Shown: positions 25,924 to 35,347 of the stretch, piece by piece | How positions within the stretch are numbered: the stretch's first letter is position 1 | Layout of the letters: each line of letters begins with the position of its first letter | Virus record (IMG/VR): IMGVR_UViG_3300013286_000012 | Coordinates: 1 to 64,000 of that record | DNA length: 64,000 bases | From: a virus | Strand: one strand, 5' to 3' | The notes under the pieces: generated by a model | The model's input: only the letters and a program-made list of their open reading frames with translations | Told to the model about the DNA's origin: nothing | The model's database searches: none | Made by a program: the position numbers and the translations under genes

Positions 25924-27438
25924 TTATTTTTCAATAGACTCGGAAATAATCTTGGTAACAGTCTCTTCTCGAAGCGTTTCTGGTAATTCTTTTAGCGCTT
26001 GAGCACGGTCTCCAAAGATGGCAGAAAGCACTCCACCAGAAGATTGTCGTTGCGCTGTAATCTGAATGAACTCCTTATTGGTATCCATGTCCTTAACTTG
26101 ACCAACCAATTTATACAGTCTATCGATTTCTTGCGAGAGGTTAGGGTCTGCATAACCTCCATTCATTTCTTCTGCAAAACGCATAAAAGCCACTCTTTGA
26201 CCCTGCATTTCAATGATTGCAGTAAGCAAAGATTTTAATTGCTCTTTAGTTTTAACTTCAATAGGAAGGTTAAACGCACACATATTGTCTGGTTTAAATG
26301 CTGGGCAATTGCTTGCAACAAAACAGGTGTTGCATTGTCGAAGAGAAGATTGTTGGTTATTGATGACTGGAACATCTTGCAAAATGTCTTTGCCGTTTTC
26401 ATCTTGTTCAACTATCGTCTTCATCTTTACGCCAAAAACAGGAAGGTTCTGTATTTCTTCGGGGTCTCTTGGAACTACTTTATTGGGCTCTTGTTTCCGC
26501 ACTGGCACGTCACTGTTATCAGAAGCGGGAGTTTCAAATCCCATTAAACCTGTTAAGAAGGTATCGCTATTATCAGGTAAGTTCTCACCTTTACCACCTT
26601 CAATAATATGAAAATCAGGTGTCTTCTTATCCATTGATGTCTCCAACTGTTGGTATGACCAGACGGCAACTCTAGTCGCTTCAAGGGTACTATCTTGCAC
26701 GAAGTCTAAATAGTTTAATCCAGCCTTCTCCACCATAGCCTTATAACGGGGTCGTGCTTGGTCTTTCATTTTCTTTGGATAGCGGTTTAATTTGGTGCCA
26801 TCCCAAACGATAGTCTCGCCTCGTCTCATGGGTGAAAGCCAAGACAATGTACTGGCTGTACTAAATGGTATCTGTCTTAAATTGTCTGGCTTAGCACATC
26901 CAAGAGCATGGAACTGGGTCTTATATTGTCTGGAGTAACTTCGAGTTACGGCCGCCAAGTTAGTTACTGACTCAATCTCGTCATTAGGGATAGCCACATT
27001 CTTGTGGTCTTCGCACATCTTTCGGAGTGTTTGTTGTCCATATTCTTCATGCCAGATAACCCACAGTTTGGGGTCGTTATTGAAGAAGAAGCGCTGCTGC
27101 TCTATCCATTCATAGCCCAAAATTATTGAGTCAAATTCTAAAAAGGCTGTGGCTCGGTTTGCATTGTTGACAAGAAATTCTTGATAGTCGGCGGCTAAAT
27201 CAATAAGTTCTTGTTTTGACAGCCCAGCCTTTTCAGCCTGTGGAGCGCCTGATTCAATGAAAACCTTAGTCTCTGCATCAAAGTGTTCGCTTATAAGCCA
27301 ATTTTTAGTTTTAGGTAAGCCACGTTTACGGAGCCCCCAGTAGTTAAGCCCCATCGACTCAACTTTTAGTTTTTCGAGAAGGGTTCTGTTAGAGCCAACT
27401 TCAACTCCAGAAAAGATGAGATTCATTAATCTTGCCAA
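25924..27438 (-). CDS. TGT/DpdA-like barrel domain fused to a Cys4 Zn domain
   Basis: VFIESGA (DSG-like), LEFD, VIWH, FHALG, S...SW....R.G; C-terminal CNTC...CP......C. Confidence 0.5.
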   Translation of the reverse strand: MARLMNLIFSGVEVGSNRTLLEKLKVESMGLNYWGLRKRGLPKTKNWLISEHFDAETKVFIESGAPQAEKAGLSKQELIDLAADYQEFLVNNANRATAFLEFDSIILGYEWIEQQRFFFNNDPKLWVIWHEEYGQQTLRKMCEDHKNVAIPNDEIESVTNLAAVTRSYSRQYKTQFHALGCAKPDNLRQIPFSTASTLSWLSPMRRGETIVWDGTKLNRYPKKMKDQARPRYKAMVEKAGLNYLDFVQDSTLEATRVAVWSYQQLETSMDKKTPDFHIIEGGKGENLPDNSDTFLTGLMGFETPASDNSDVPVRKQEPNKVVPRDPEEIQNLPVFGVKMKTIVEQDENGKDILQDVPVINNQQSSLRQCNTCFVASNCPAFKPDNMCAFNLPIEVKTKEQLKSLLTAIIEMQGQRVAFMRFAEEMNGGYADPNLSQEIDRLYKLVGQVKDMDTNKEFIQITAQRQSSGGVLSAIFGDRAQALKELPETLREETVTKIISESIEK

Positions 27439-27914
27439 AATTCTAACGATTTAGGACTAGCAGCATCTTTGGATTTAGCAACGTTAACTCTATCAATAGC
27501 ATTTTCAATATCAGTCCATTTGCGTACCTTGCTAGGTGCATCAGGGCGACGCTCTACGGCAAGATAGCCTGGGTTCATAAACATGATGGTAGGAACACCT
27601 TGCTCTTCAAATACCCATGCACACATGGATGGGTCAGAGTCAACGTAGAGTTCTACTGGAGCCTTACTACGACTTATAATGAATTGACGTTTCTTTAAAT
27701 CTTCACCTTCAAGGTGGTAAGACGTGTCAATCAATTCATCATAGTTAATGATTCCGTGAGAGTGAAGCCAGTGTTTTGCATCCTCTGTATTGCGGGACGT
27801 TATGATTGCCACACGATTATTAATATTAAGGGCATAATAAAGCATTACTCCTGCACGGATAGGTTCCCCTGTATCCGAACTTAATACGCCATCTAGTGAT
27901 ACGAGTACGTTCAT
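27426..27914 (-). CDS. HAD-superfamily protein (degenerate motif I)
   Basis: VLVSLDGVL, IITSR, WL..HGI, LYVDSDP. Confidence 0.7.
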   Translation of the reverse strand: MNVLVSLDGVLSSDTGEPIRAGVMLYYALNINNRVAIITSRNTEDAKHWLHSHGIINYDELIDTSYHLEGEDLKKRQFIISRSKAPVELYVDSDPSMCAWVFEEQGVPTIMFMNPGYLAVERRPDAPSKVRKWTDIENAIDRVNVAKSKDAASPKSLEFWQD

Positions 27915-27920
27915 TTAGTC

Positions 27921-28439
27921 CTATCCGTTTGACTCCACAGTTGTAGCATCAATAGGTTTTACGTACGTATTGTATGCAAGAACCCAATCTTTAGAAATAG
28001 CCTTTTGTGCAGCCTTTAACGTAATGGTTCCATCACAAATTAAACGCTTTAACTTGGTTTCAACTACGTCTTTTTTACGAGCATTGTTACCTGCGTATGG
28101 TTGAGGAAATAAATTTTTTGGGTTAGTAGGAGAACCGCCAAGTTGAAGGGATATGAGGTGGTCTTCTTCATAGCCTTTTGGGTCTGCACCCCAAACAGCA
28201 ACGTAAGACTTATAATCTCCCGCTAGTTGCGTATCTTTTAATTTGTTTGTGTAAGAAACAGATGGGCGAACAATATCTGTCCAACCTGGCTTACAAATAT
28301 TGTCTTTAATGTTTGCTTGTGTAACCGCAGAATTTAACGCTCCAGGAGTTACTTTAGCATTTGGTTTTACCCAATCAGGAGTTGCTCCGTACGCTGCAAT
28401 GGGCGTTAGTAATAATACTATAAGTAGTGCCTTCTTCAT
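27921..28439 (-). CDS. Secreted HNH-like protein
   Basis: Signal peptide; TPGA...YEEDHLISLQLGG....KNL.PQ...KD.VE. Confidence 0.7.
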   Translation of the reverse strand: MKKALLIVLLLTPIAAYGATPDWVKPNAKVTPGALNSAVTQANIKDNICKPGWTDIVRPSVSYTNKLKDTQLAGDYKSYVAVWGADPKGYEEDHLISLQLGGSPTNPKNLFPQPYAGNNARKKDVVETKLKRLICDGTITLKAAQKAISKDWVLAYNTYVKPIDATTVESNG

Positions 28440-29374
28440 CCATGACTCCTGTATGTTGCTGCTCTACGAATTAGGGTCTGAGTATCGGGCAGGTCGACGC
28501 CGTATGTGCTATCTGCTTGTTGCGCTTTGTACGCTGCCCAGTACTCAGACATCTTTTTAAGTGCAGGAACTGTGCCGTAACGTTTTCCTGCTTGCCATCT
28601 ATAATTGTAAAAGTCAGAGTAACCCTGACCTGAAGTACTAAACGCAATGCGACGGGCATGATGAATATCGTCATATAGCATTGACCCTTGTATCATTGCA
28701 GATTGCAAACGCGCTTCTGCATTACGACGGGTTGCGTCGTTGCGTGCTGCGTGTAACTCTGTAATTGCGTTAGAGTAACGAGAGACAATGTCTCCCGCCA
28801 TCTTTCGGTCATGCTTTGCCATCTCTTCCCACACAGCATTGTGTGGTGCACCAGTCCTTACAGGAACTACAGTCCACTCATTATGTGTAAGGTCGTAGGC
28901 TGCGTATGGGTTGATGGTACGAATGTCTGTAGCGCCAGGGTTAACGTAAAAAGTTACTTCAAAACCATTCCAATTTTTTGTTTCTGGTTGGAGATGCTCA
29001 CGAAAATCTTCATTTAACATCTTGCTAACTTCAAGGTCAGTAAGCCCCTGATATTCTGGATGTGCTTTACGGAATTGAATGTAATCAACACCAATGAGGA
29101 CATCAAGGTCTGCTGGGTCCCGCTGCGCCTGCCATTGATAGGAAACGCCAGAACCAGCAAGCCATACGGTTGTCCATAAGTCTGAATGGCGATAAGTTTC
29201 ACCTAAGAAGTCATAAAGCAGATTGAGCAAACCGTTACGAATCCACCCCTTAATTCGATGGTCATCAAACAAGGTAGGGTCTAGCGTTTCTGATGGTGCA
29301 GAGAAGTAAGACGTAGAAGACTCATGCAGGTCTACACGACCCACGTAGTTTCCTAGACCATCGTTACGATTCAT
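28436..29374 (-). CDS. Pol-beta superfamily nucleotidyltransferase
   Basis: LAGSGVSY...DLDV, third acidic residue in FEVTFY, AYDL..NEW. Confidence 0.8.
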   Translation of the reverse strand: MNRNDGLGNYVGRVDLHESSTSYFSAPSETLDPTLFDDHRIKGWIRNGLLNLLYDFLGETYRHSDLWTTVWLAGSGVSYQWQAQRDPADLDVLIGVDYIQFRKAHPEYQGLTDLEVSKMLNEDFREHLQPETKNWNGFEVTFYVNPGATDIRTINPYAAYDLTHNEWTVVPVRTGAPHNAVWEEMAKHDRKMAGDIVSRYSNAITELHAARNDATRRNAEARLQSAMIQGSMLYDDIHHARRIAFSTSGQGYSDFYNYRWQAGKRYGTVPALKKMSEYWAAYKAQQADSTYGVDLPDTQTLIRRAATYRSHG

Positions 29375-29384
29375 ACCTCATAGT

Positions 29385-29684
29385 CTATTCGACTATAGGG
29401 GTTTCTATGCCTCTATCGCTTAGCGCTTCTCTAATCTTTTCCTTCATTTCTGAAGAAGGATTAACAGGTTGGAGCGCCTGTACGACTGCTTGTGCTACAC
29501 GGTCAGCCAATAAAAAGGTTTCTACATTAGTAGCAAGTTCTTTGCTGGTGGAGTAAATATCCATGGTCGTTGCTTGGCGCTGAATTTGCTCATCTGCTGG
29601 CAGTGCGTGTGTAGTAATAGTTCCATCTAACTCAATAAGAACTGTATATCCTGCTACTACCTTGTGTTGTTCGTCGCTCATCAA
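29385..29684 (-). CDS. Hypothetical protein
   Basis: ORF coupled to the upstream gene. Confidence 0.6.
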   Translation of the reverse strand: MMSDEQHKVVAGYTVLIELDGTITTHALPADEQIQRQATTMDIYSTSKELATNVETFLLADRVAQAVVQALQPVNPSSEMKEKIREALSDRGIETPIVE

Positions 29685-30229
29685 ATCATTCCTATCAATT
29701 TTTGTTTACGTTGTGCTACGCCAATTGCTACTGGGCAAAAATCGCATAGATAGGTCTTTTGACCTGGAGAATCTTTGTACTTTTCCATTCCTTCTGCTCT
29801 GCGTTCTTTTTCTGTTTTAGGAATTAGCATCTTTTTTTCATCATGCCATTCTACGCAGCCATCTTTTGGTTTATTGTGGGCTTTGTAGCAAGCCATGGCA
29901 TCTTCCATAAAAATAGAGCGTGATTCATAAAATGTGTCATCAATTTCAGCAAGGCCTTTAGAACCTCCGCCTTTAATTTGACGAATAATTTCTTGTTTTG
30001 ATTTTGTATCTGCCCATGAACGAAGAGGCAATACAAATAGTTTGCCTTTATGTGGTTCTCCTGAAGGGAAGGCGTGAGTCTCACAAGCAACAGCCAACAA
30101 CATGTCTAGTTCGGGGTCACCGTCATACGGCGGAAGTTCTTCTAGCGTTTGACAGACAAGACAAAATAGCAGCCGAAACATCGGCTCTGCATCTGCGGGT
30201 TTTTGTCCCAAAAGTGGTACGTTACTCAT
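29681..30229 (-). CDS. Cys-rich hypothetical protein
   Basis: AAGGAG RBS; CLVC, CDFCP. Confidence 0.7.
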   Translation of the reverse strand: MSNVPLLGQKPADAEPMFRLLFCLVCQTLEELPPYDGDPELDMLLAVACETHAFPSGEPHKGKLFVLPLRSWADTKSKQEIIRQIKGGGSKGLAEIDDTFYESRSIFMEDAMACYKAHNKPKDGCVEWHDEKKMLIPKTEKERRAEGMEKYKDSPGQKTYLCDFCPVAIGVAQRKQKLIGMI

Positions 30230-30293
30230 AGTGCTCCTTATGGTGTTCCTTGGAGACTAACCTATGACTTTTAAAACCTATATGGGTCTTAAA

Positions 30294-30515
30294 CTATTTA
30301 AATTTTTTATTCTTTGGGTCTACTGGGTATCCAGGGATATTGCCACGAGTTAACTCGTTCTCAAGATTTGAGCCGTAGTGCTTGTTCTTGGTTGCCTGAC
30401 GAAGATTTTTTCCACCCATAAAACTGTACTGATAATCACCAGTATTTTGATTGTGGACATCCCAAATATGCTTGCGCCTTGGGTCATCTCCACGGTCAGG
30501 AACCATTGTTGGCAT
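30294..30515 (-). CDS. Hypothetical protein
   Basis: Tightly packed operon ORF. Confidence 0.55.
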   Translation of the reverse strand: MPTMVPDRGDDPRRKHIWDVHNQNTGDYQYSFMGGKNLRQATKNKHYGSNLENELTRGNIPGYPVDPKNKKFK

Positions 30516-30517
30516 AA

Positions 30518-30718
30518 TTACTTACCTGGATTTACCTTATTTGGATATTCAGATGTAGCAAAACCATAACCATAGAATGGGTGAAGCGTCTGACGGTTGT
30601 CAAGAGTATTGGCAGAGTCAGCGGTTACTTCTGTATCTGGGCGTACTTTGCGGTACTTACCATCTGTAGCGCCTTCGTTAAGGCCTGCGTTCATTGAACG
30701 TGATGAGTTAACTGCCAT
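30518..30718 (-). CDS. Hypothetical protein
   Basis: AAAGG RBS. Confidence 0.65.
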   Translation of the reverse strand: MAVNSSRSMNAGLNEGATDGKYRKVRPDTEVTADSANTLDNRQTLHPFYGYGFATSEYPNKVNPGK

Positions 30719-30720
30719 AA

Positions 30721-31035
30721 TTATTTACCTTTTCTTTTATTTTTTGGAATGCTAATAACAATAGGGTTTTGGTCGTTTTCTGCTCTGTAACGATTTGCTG
30801 CTTTTAATTCTGTAGGATATTTTTCGTAAAATTCATGTGCATCAACTCCACGTCCCACGGCTTCTTTCTTACCCATTAGAGACCCTTGCTTAAGAGAAAG
30901 GTTTCTTTCGTCTGCAGCAATGCGGCGTACGTTGTAACGGCTTTGGTCATCTCGTTCATAACCTGCAGGTGAAAGACCTGGCCCATTAGCAGCCTTAAGC
31001 GCTCGTGCATTTGCACGGCGGTCGTTAAATAACAT
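30721..31035 (-). CDS. Hypothetical protein
   Basis: Start probably MLFNDRR (TAATG coupling). Confidence 0.55.
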   Translation of the reverse strand: MLFNDRRANARALKAANGPGLSPAGYERDDQSRYNVRRIAADERNLSLKQGSLMGKKEAVGRGVDAHEFYEKYPTELKAANRYRAENDQNPIVISIPKNKRKGK

Positions 31036-31238
31036 TATGCCATTCTGCCTTTCACTCGTGCTGCCTTTGTCTGAGTCAGACAAGATAGGCAATGCCCTCT
31101 ATTGCTAATAAATTCTACTGGATTCATAATAACTCCACAGGTTGGACATGGGGCAGAACCGTTGTACTGAGTAATATTTTGAGCAATTTGTTTTGCCTGC
31201 AACTCCATTGAGAGCATGCCATCTCCGTCATCAGCCAT
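31035..31238 (-). CDS. Small Zn-finger protein
   Basis: CPTCG...CLSC. Confidence 0.65.
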   Translation of the reverse strand: MADDGDGMLSMELQAKQIAQNITQYNGSAPCPTCGVIMNPVEFISNRGHCLSCLTQTKAARVKGRMA

Positions 31239-31609
31239 TAGTTACTCCCCAGTGCGTTGCGCTCTGCTGCTTGGTAACCAGAGACACCACCAGAGAACCA
31301 TGATACTCGTGGCTCTGTGTAATTTCTGTCGATAGTCACAATGTCATCAATGCCAGGCTGTGAACGGTCTCCATAACCATAACGGGCTGGAAAGAGTTGA
31401 ATCTGTGGCAGTGGTGGTCGAACCATTGCCTGGATATCAGCACCTGGAACATTCATAATCATGAGAGCCTGTTGTGTAAGGCGCTCTTGGTTGGTTGCCC
31501 ATGGGCCGTAATAAGAATATTTTTTTGCAACCATATCGGGATTAATAGGGGAGCGAAATGCTGACCATGGTTTTGTGTGGTCATAGCGACCGTCGACGTG
31601 TTGTGTCAT
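31238..31609 (-). CDS. Hypothetical protein
   Basis: Start MTQH by ATGA overlap. Confidence 0.6.
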   Translation of the reverse strand: MTQHVDGRYDHTKPWSAFRSPINPDMVAKKYSYYGPWATNQERLTQQALMIMNVPGADIQAMVRPPLPQIQLFPARYGYGDRSQPGIDDIVTIDRNYTEPRVSWFSGGVSGYQAAERNALGSN

Positions 31610-32253
31610 TGGACTGCACCTCTGTGTGTTACCCACGTCGTTGCCTGAACTTTATTTGGAATGTCTACACCTAATTGTTCTGATGCTGTTTTGTATGCCC
31701 GAACAAAATGGTCATAACGACCTTTAGAATGAAATACTTTTGTTGCATCTTCTGGTTTAGGTCCCACACGTTTTCCACCTTGACCAACAAAAGGGTTTCC
31801 TACAGCAAGGTTAACGGCATGTGTGTCAATTGTTACAGGATGTGGATTACTTGGGTCAGCAATATTTGCAAAAAAGTTAGGGACTTTTCCGTGAGTTCCA
31901 AGAACTAAATCTGGGTCTTCTCCTTCATGAATTCTTCGTGCTTTTCTTGCATTAGTATCGAAAGTTGGTGCTGTTCCAGTTTTAATTATGCTATTAGCAT
32001 GAGAGATGTTAGTTGCCCAATCTGTAAGAGGAGAAACTGCAGCAATAATTCCAGCGCCTTTTCTAGCGTCTCCACCACCAATTTTTGTGGCTGTTTCGTG
32101 TGCACGCTCATACCACTCGTGTCCTCCTTTTAATAGTTCTGGAGTTGCACTCTTATAAGTATCTGTAATATTTTTTACATGTGCAGTAAGTAGTTGACGG
32201 GATAAATTAGCATTCCATCTTGGGTGCTCTTCTTGTCCACTAAACGTTTCCAT
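31606..32253 (-). CDS. DUF7178-like protein (HhH DNA-glycosylase-like fold)
   Basis: G..WY..AH, GIIAA.SP...W..N, KV..F..NI, VTIDTH, A...LG...P..VQA.TW. Confidence 0.65.
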   Translation of the reverse strand: METFSGQEEHPRWNANLSRQLLTAHVKNITDTYKSATPELLKGGHEWYERAHETATKIGGGDARKGAGIIAAVSPLTDWATNISHANSIIKTGTAPTFDTNARKARRIHEGEDPDLVLGTHGKVPNFFANIADPSNPHPVTIDTHAVNLAVGNPFVGQGGKRVGPKPEDATKVFHSKGRYDHFVRAYKTASEQLGVDIPNKVQATTWVTHRGAVQ

Positions 32254-32254
32254 G

Positions 32255-32788
32255 TTAACTCCACGCTGGTTTCAAGTAAGCCATCATTGCTTTGCGACGC
32301 TCATCAATAGTTCCTGGTTGGTTAGCCTGTGTGTTTGCTTTGCCATCATTAACGAGGTGAGGCGCTGGTGTAAGAGAAATTTCAGGAGCACTTCTTGCGC
32401 TTTGGTATACGACTCCACCATTAATATTTACTTGGCGTGCCTTCATTTGACGTTCGATGCCCATCATTGGATTAATTTGTTCTGGCCAATAGTACATAGA
32501 TGGCTCAATGCGCTCACCCTTGTGTACACCACGCTGATATGCCTTTTGATTAACACGATTCTTGATACTATCCAATAGACGGTCATCACGACGTGAACGG
32601 ATAGTACCAAGGTACCCGTCTGGATATTCTGCAGAGGGTATTCTTCCCACTCCAATACGAAGGGAATCCATTGTGTCTCGTGCTACAGGTGTGCCTGCAC
32701 CACCTTGATTGTTATAACCATTAAGTCCACCGCCACCAAGTGACTGCCAATTTTGCGATGCGGAAAAATTATTTGTGCTGCCTGCCAT
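32255..32788 (-). CDS. Hypothetical (probable virion) protein
   Basis: P.AEYPDGYLGT...RR.DRLL...YQRGVHKGE. Confidence 0.65.
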   Translation of the reverse strand: MAGSTNNFSASQNWQSLGGGGLNGYNNQGGAGTPVARDTMDSLRIGVGRIPSAEYPDGYLGTIRSRRDDRLLDSIKNRVNQKAYQRGVHKGERIEPSMYYWPEQINPMMGIERQMKARQVNINGGVVYQSARSAPEISLTPAPHLVNDGKANTQANQPGTIDERRKAMMAYLKPAWS

Positions 32789-33393
32789 TACTTGGCCTGC
32801 TTTAGTGCTTCTAGCGCTTTTGCTTTGTCTGCTGAAGTTACTCTGCGACGCTGCTTACTTTCTTCACGTTGTTGCTTGAGGTAACCAATTGTCATCTCTG
32901 CTGCTGGGTTGACAGTCTTCTTACCTGTCTTCTCATCTTCAAAGTGTGTAGTAAGTGTTTTACCAGTTCCTGCTGCATATACGCCAAGTTGTCGTTGACT
33001 AATACCACGGCTTAGCGCTGTCTCTAGTGAGGAACGAGAGGCACGTTCACCAATACGGTCAGTTACGTCTAAATAAGTTTTACCTTTATCTTGCCAAATT
33101 CCTTGATGCACATTTGCACTCTCTGTTGGTGTGGCACCACGAGCCTTCATCCAACCAGTTGGTACAATTTTTTCAGCCACACCTTTAACTTCATCAATGT
33201 GCTCTTTAACAGCCTTTGGGTTAGTAAGACCACTGATTGCTTCTGGACTACCACCCATGTTTACAGGCACGCGAGGGTCACGTGATACATAGTATCCAGA
33301 ACCCTTACCTGCTTTACCTGTAGCAACTTCACGTGAGCCACCAAGAAGATGAGCAAATTGTATGTCGTTAATTATTGGGCGGTTATCAGACAT
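32788..33393 (-). CDS. Hypothetical protein with N-terminal INDIQF tag
   Basis: H.G.W...GK.YLDV...A...G....Q..VY pattern. Confidence 0.65.
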   Translation of the reverse strand: MSDNRPIINDIQFAHLLGGSREVATGKAGKGSGYYVSRDPRVPVNMGGSPEAISGLTNPKAVKEHIDEVKGVAEKIVPTGWMKARGATPTESANVHQGIWQDKGKTYLDVTDRIGERASRSSLETALSRGISQRQLGVYAAGTGKTLTTHFEDEKTGKKTVNPAAEMTIGYLKQQREESKQRRRVTSADKAKALEALKQAK

Positions 33394-33644
33394 TACTCTC
33401 TACCTATGCCTTTATCCGAATTTGGAAGAGAAGTTTTAGTGTCATCATCAAATCTATAAGTTGTTCCCGCAGTGCGTCTTGATAATGACATTGGGTGTCC
33501 ACCACCAAGTCCTTTAGTGCGCCACGCCGTTGCGCCCGCTGCTGAACCTGTTGTTGAACTACTTAAAGACAATGGGGCATCAACACGTGGAGTGTTAGCC
33601 ATTGACTCATAGTTACTGCCAAACTGCGAAGATGACAATGCCAT
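33393..33644 (-). CDS. Small protein with N-terminal LSSSQF tag
   Basis: MALSSSQFG. Confidence 0.6.
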   Translation of the reverse strand: MALSSSQFGSNYESMANTPRVDAPLSLSSSTTGSAAGATAWRTKGLGGGHPMSLSRRTAGTTYRFDDDTKTSLPNSDKGIGRE

Positions 33645-33645
33645 T

Positions 33646-34101
33646 TTAATACTCGGTATTCATACCGTATTCGAAGTTAGGTGCATTCTTACCCATAACG
33701 GAAGGAACAATCTTTGCATTCATCATTGTTGCTGATGCTTCAATTGAATGAACTGCTGGAAATGTTGCACCAATTACATAACGAGCACCCATACGTTCAG
33801 ACTGTGCTGCATTTCCTGCAAGCATGTTTGGACGGTTTGCTTTTCCACCCATTGTTGGGTCTCCTGCTTGTGTGTTCTTCTTTGGCATAAGTGTGCCTAC
33901 TAAAGGTGCTCCGCTAATGTTAGCCACGCCCGTTACCTGACCAACGTACTTGCGTGCGCTGTTAGCGTGTTCTGCAGATGCAAGAACTTCTTCTGGTGTC
34001 ATATTATTTCTGCTCATGCTTTTTCCTGCCGCTTCGTGGTGGTTGGAGGGTGCGCCCATGCGACGACGCATAGCGTGACCCATTGATGTCCATGTTGCCA
34101 T
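33646..34101 (-). CDS. Hypothetical protein
   Basis: AAGGAG RBS. Confidence 0.65.
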   Translation of the reverse strand: MATWTSMGHAMRRRMGAPSNHHEAAGKSMSRNNMTPEEVLASAEHANSARKYVGQVTGVANISGAPLVGTLMPKKNTQAGDPTMGGKANRPNMLAGNAAQSERMGARYVIGATFPAVHSIEASATMMNAKIVPSVMGKNAPNFEYGMNTEY

Positions 34102-34138
34102 AGGGACTCCTTAATCTTGATACAAGGATACGACTGAA

Positions 34139-34432
34139 TTAACTGGCTGTAATGGCAAATACAATGGCGCTAATTTCTCCATCACGAGATTCAATAGTGG
34201 TAAACCCTGGTTTGCATACTAAATCTAAGCCACGAGGAGCCACATAACCTCTAGCAATTGCCATGGCCTTAACTGCTTGATTTACTGCGCCTGCACCAAC
34301 TGCTCGCATTTTAACTTCATGCTTATCATAAATTGCGTGAGCAATGGCTGAGGCTACGCTTTGAGGATTGGAACTTGCGCTAACTCGTAGAAACGGTTCT
34401 TCAGCAGAAACTTCTGGCGGTGTGTTATTCAA
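34139..34432 (-). CDS. spoVS: SpoVS-family (Alba-like nucleic-acid-binding) protein
   Basis: LRVSASSNPQSVASAIA...AVGAGAVNQAVKAMAIARGYVAP.G.DL.C.PGF. Confidence 0.92.
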   Translation of the reverse strand: MNNTPPEVSAEEPFLRVSASSNPQSVASAIAHAIYDKHEVKMRAVGAGAVNQAVKAMAIARGYVAPRGLDLVCKPGFTTIESRDGEISAIVFAITAS

Positions 34433-34485
34433 TTGTTAGTCCTTTAATTCGGTGTCGTATGCCGCTCCTGGACTAAAGGGTACGG

Positions 34486-35112
34486 CTAAAGTCTTGATGC
34501 GTCTCTATATTTGGAATCTTTCATCTGCTCAACAACAGCCAGTTCTATTGCATCTATGTGGCATTCAGCAGCCAATCGTCCTAATCCATATGCGTCTGCT
34601 GCATTGTCATCATTAAACTCAACATTCCATCGTTTGTAAATTTGTAACAGCATCTCTTGCTTTTTAGCGTTTCCTTTGCCTGATGCATATTTTTTTAATG
34701 TCATTGGCGGAACTTTTAACGGGTAACGTCTATCATCTCCTTCTTCAAAAAAGTCATGTATTGTCAAACGAACCGCAGCAGACAATTCCCCAAGAACGAG
34801 GGCGGCATGGCTGGCGAGGACTGTGCCTTCCATAGCAATGTCTTGAATTATGCATCCTTGTTCTTCTACATACTCAAGGTGTTCAATTAGCCATTGACGA
34901 ATATCCACAAGGCGCTCAATACCAAAGTATGGGGATTTGTATACCCAGGTCATGTGATGAGTTGGGTTTGTTGTACTTACAGCAGAAAAAGCAAACCCAG
35001 TAAGCGATTGGTCAATACCTATCGCCACTGGATTTCCCATCGGAAGTTTTCCGTCAATCAGTTTTGTTGGCACGGAGTTCTCTTTCTTCAATAACCATTT
35101 CAATAGTACCAA
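34486..35112 (-). CDS. ruvC: RuvC-like Holliday junction resolvase
   Basis: IGIDQSLT, AMEG, P..LKK..SGKGNA.K, DNAADA. Confidence 0.85.
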   Translation of the reverse strand: MVLLKWLLKKENSVPTKLIDGKLPMGNPVAIGIDQSLTGFAFSAVSTTNPTHHMTWVYKSPYFGIERLVDIRQWLIEHLEYVEEQGCIIQDIAMEGTVLASHAALVLGELSAAVRLTIHDFFEEGDDRRYPLKVPPMTLKKYASGKGNAKKQEMLLQIYKRWNVEFNDDNAADAYGLGRLAAECHIDAIELAVVEQMKDSKYRDASRL

Positions 35113-35347
35113 GATAGCCTGCCCCGTCCGTCAGGTTATCTCGTTTATGTCGATAAGACTCTCTTGCAATTTTTACCCACGCCATTGCAAGTCCAACTTG
35201 TTCTTCTGTTAATTCACAATCAAATATAACTTCCCAACCCTTTTTAATGCGGTTAAAATTATCTAATGGATGGTCATACGTGTAGTTGCGCTCTCCATTA
35301 ATTAAATCATCTGCTTCTTGCAAAATGTTTTTATGGGATTCTGACAT
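35054..35347 (-). CDS. DUF6378-like protein
   Basis: ILQEA..LI.GER...Y.HP..NF.RI...W...KIAR...DN..D.AGY. Confidence 0.8.
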   Translation of the reverse strand: MSESHKNILQEADDLINGERNYTYDHPLDNFNRIKKGWEVIFDCELTEEQVGLAMAWVKIARESYRHKRDNLTDGAGYLGTIEMVIEERELRANKTD

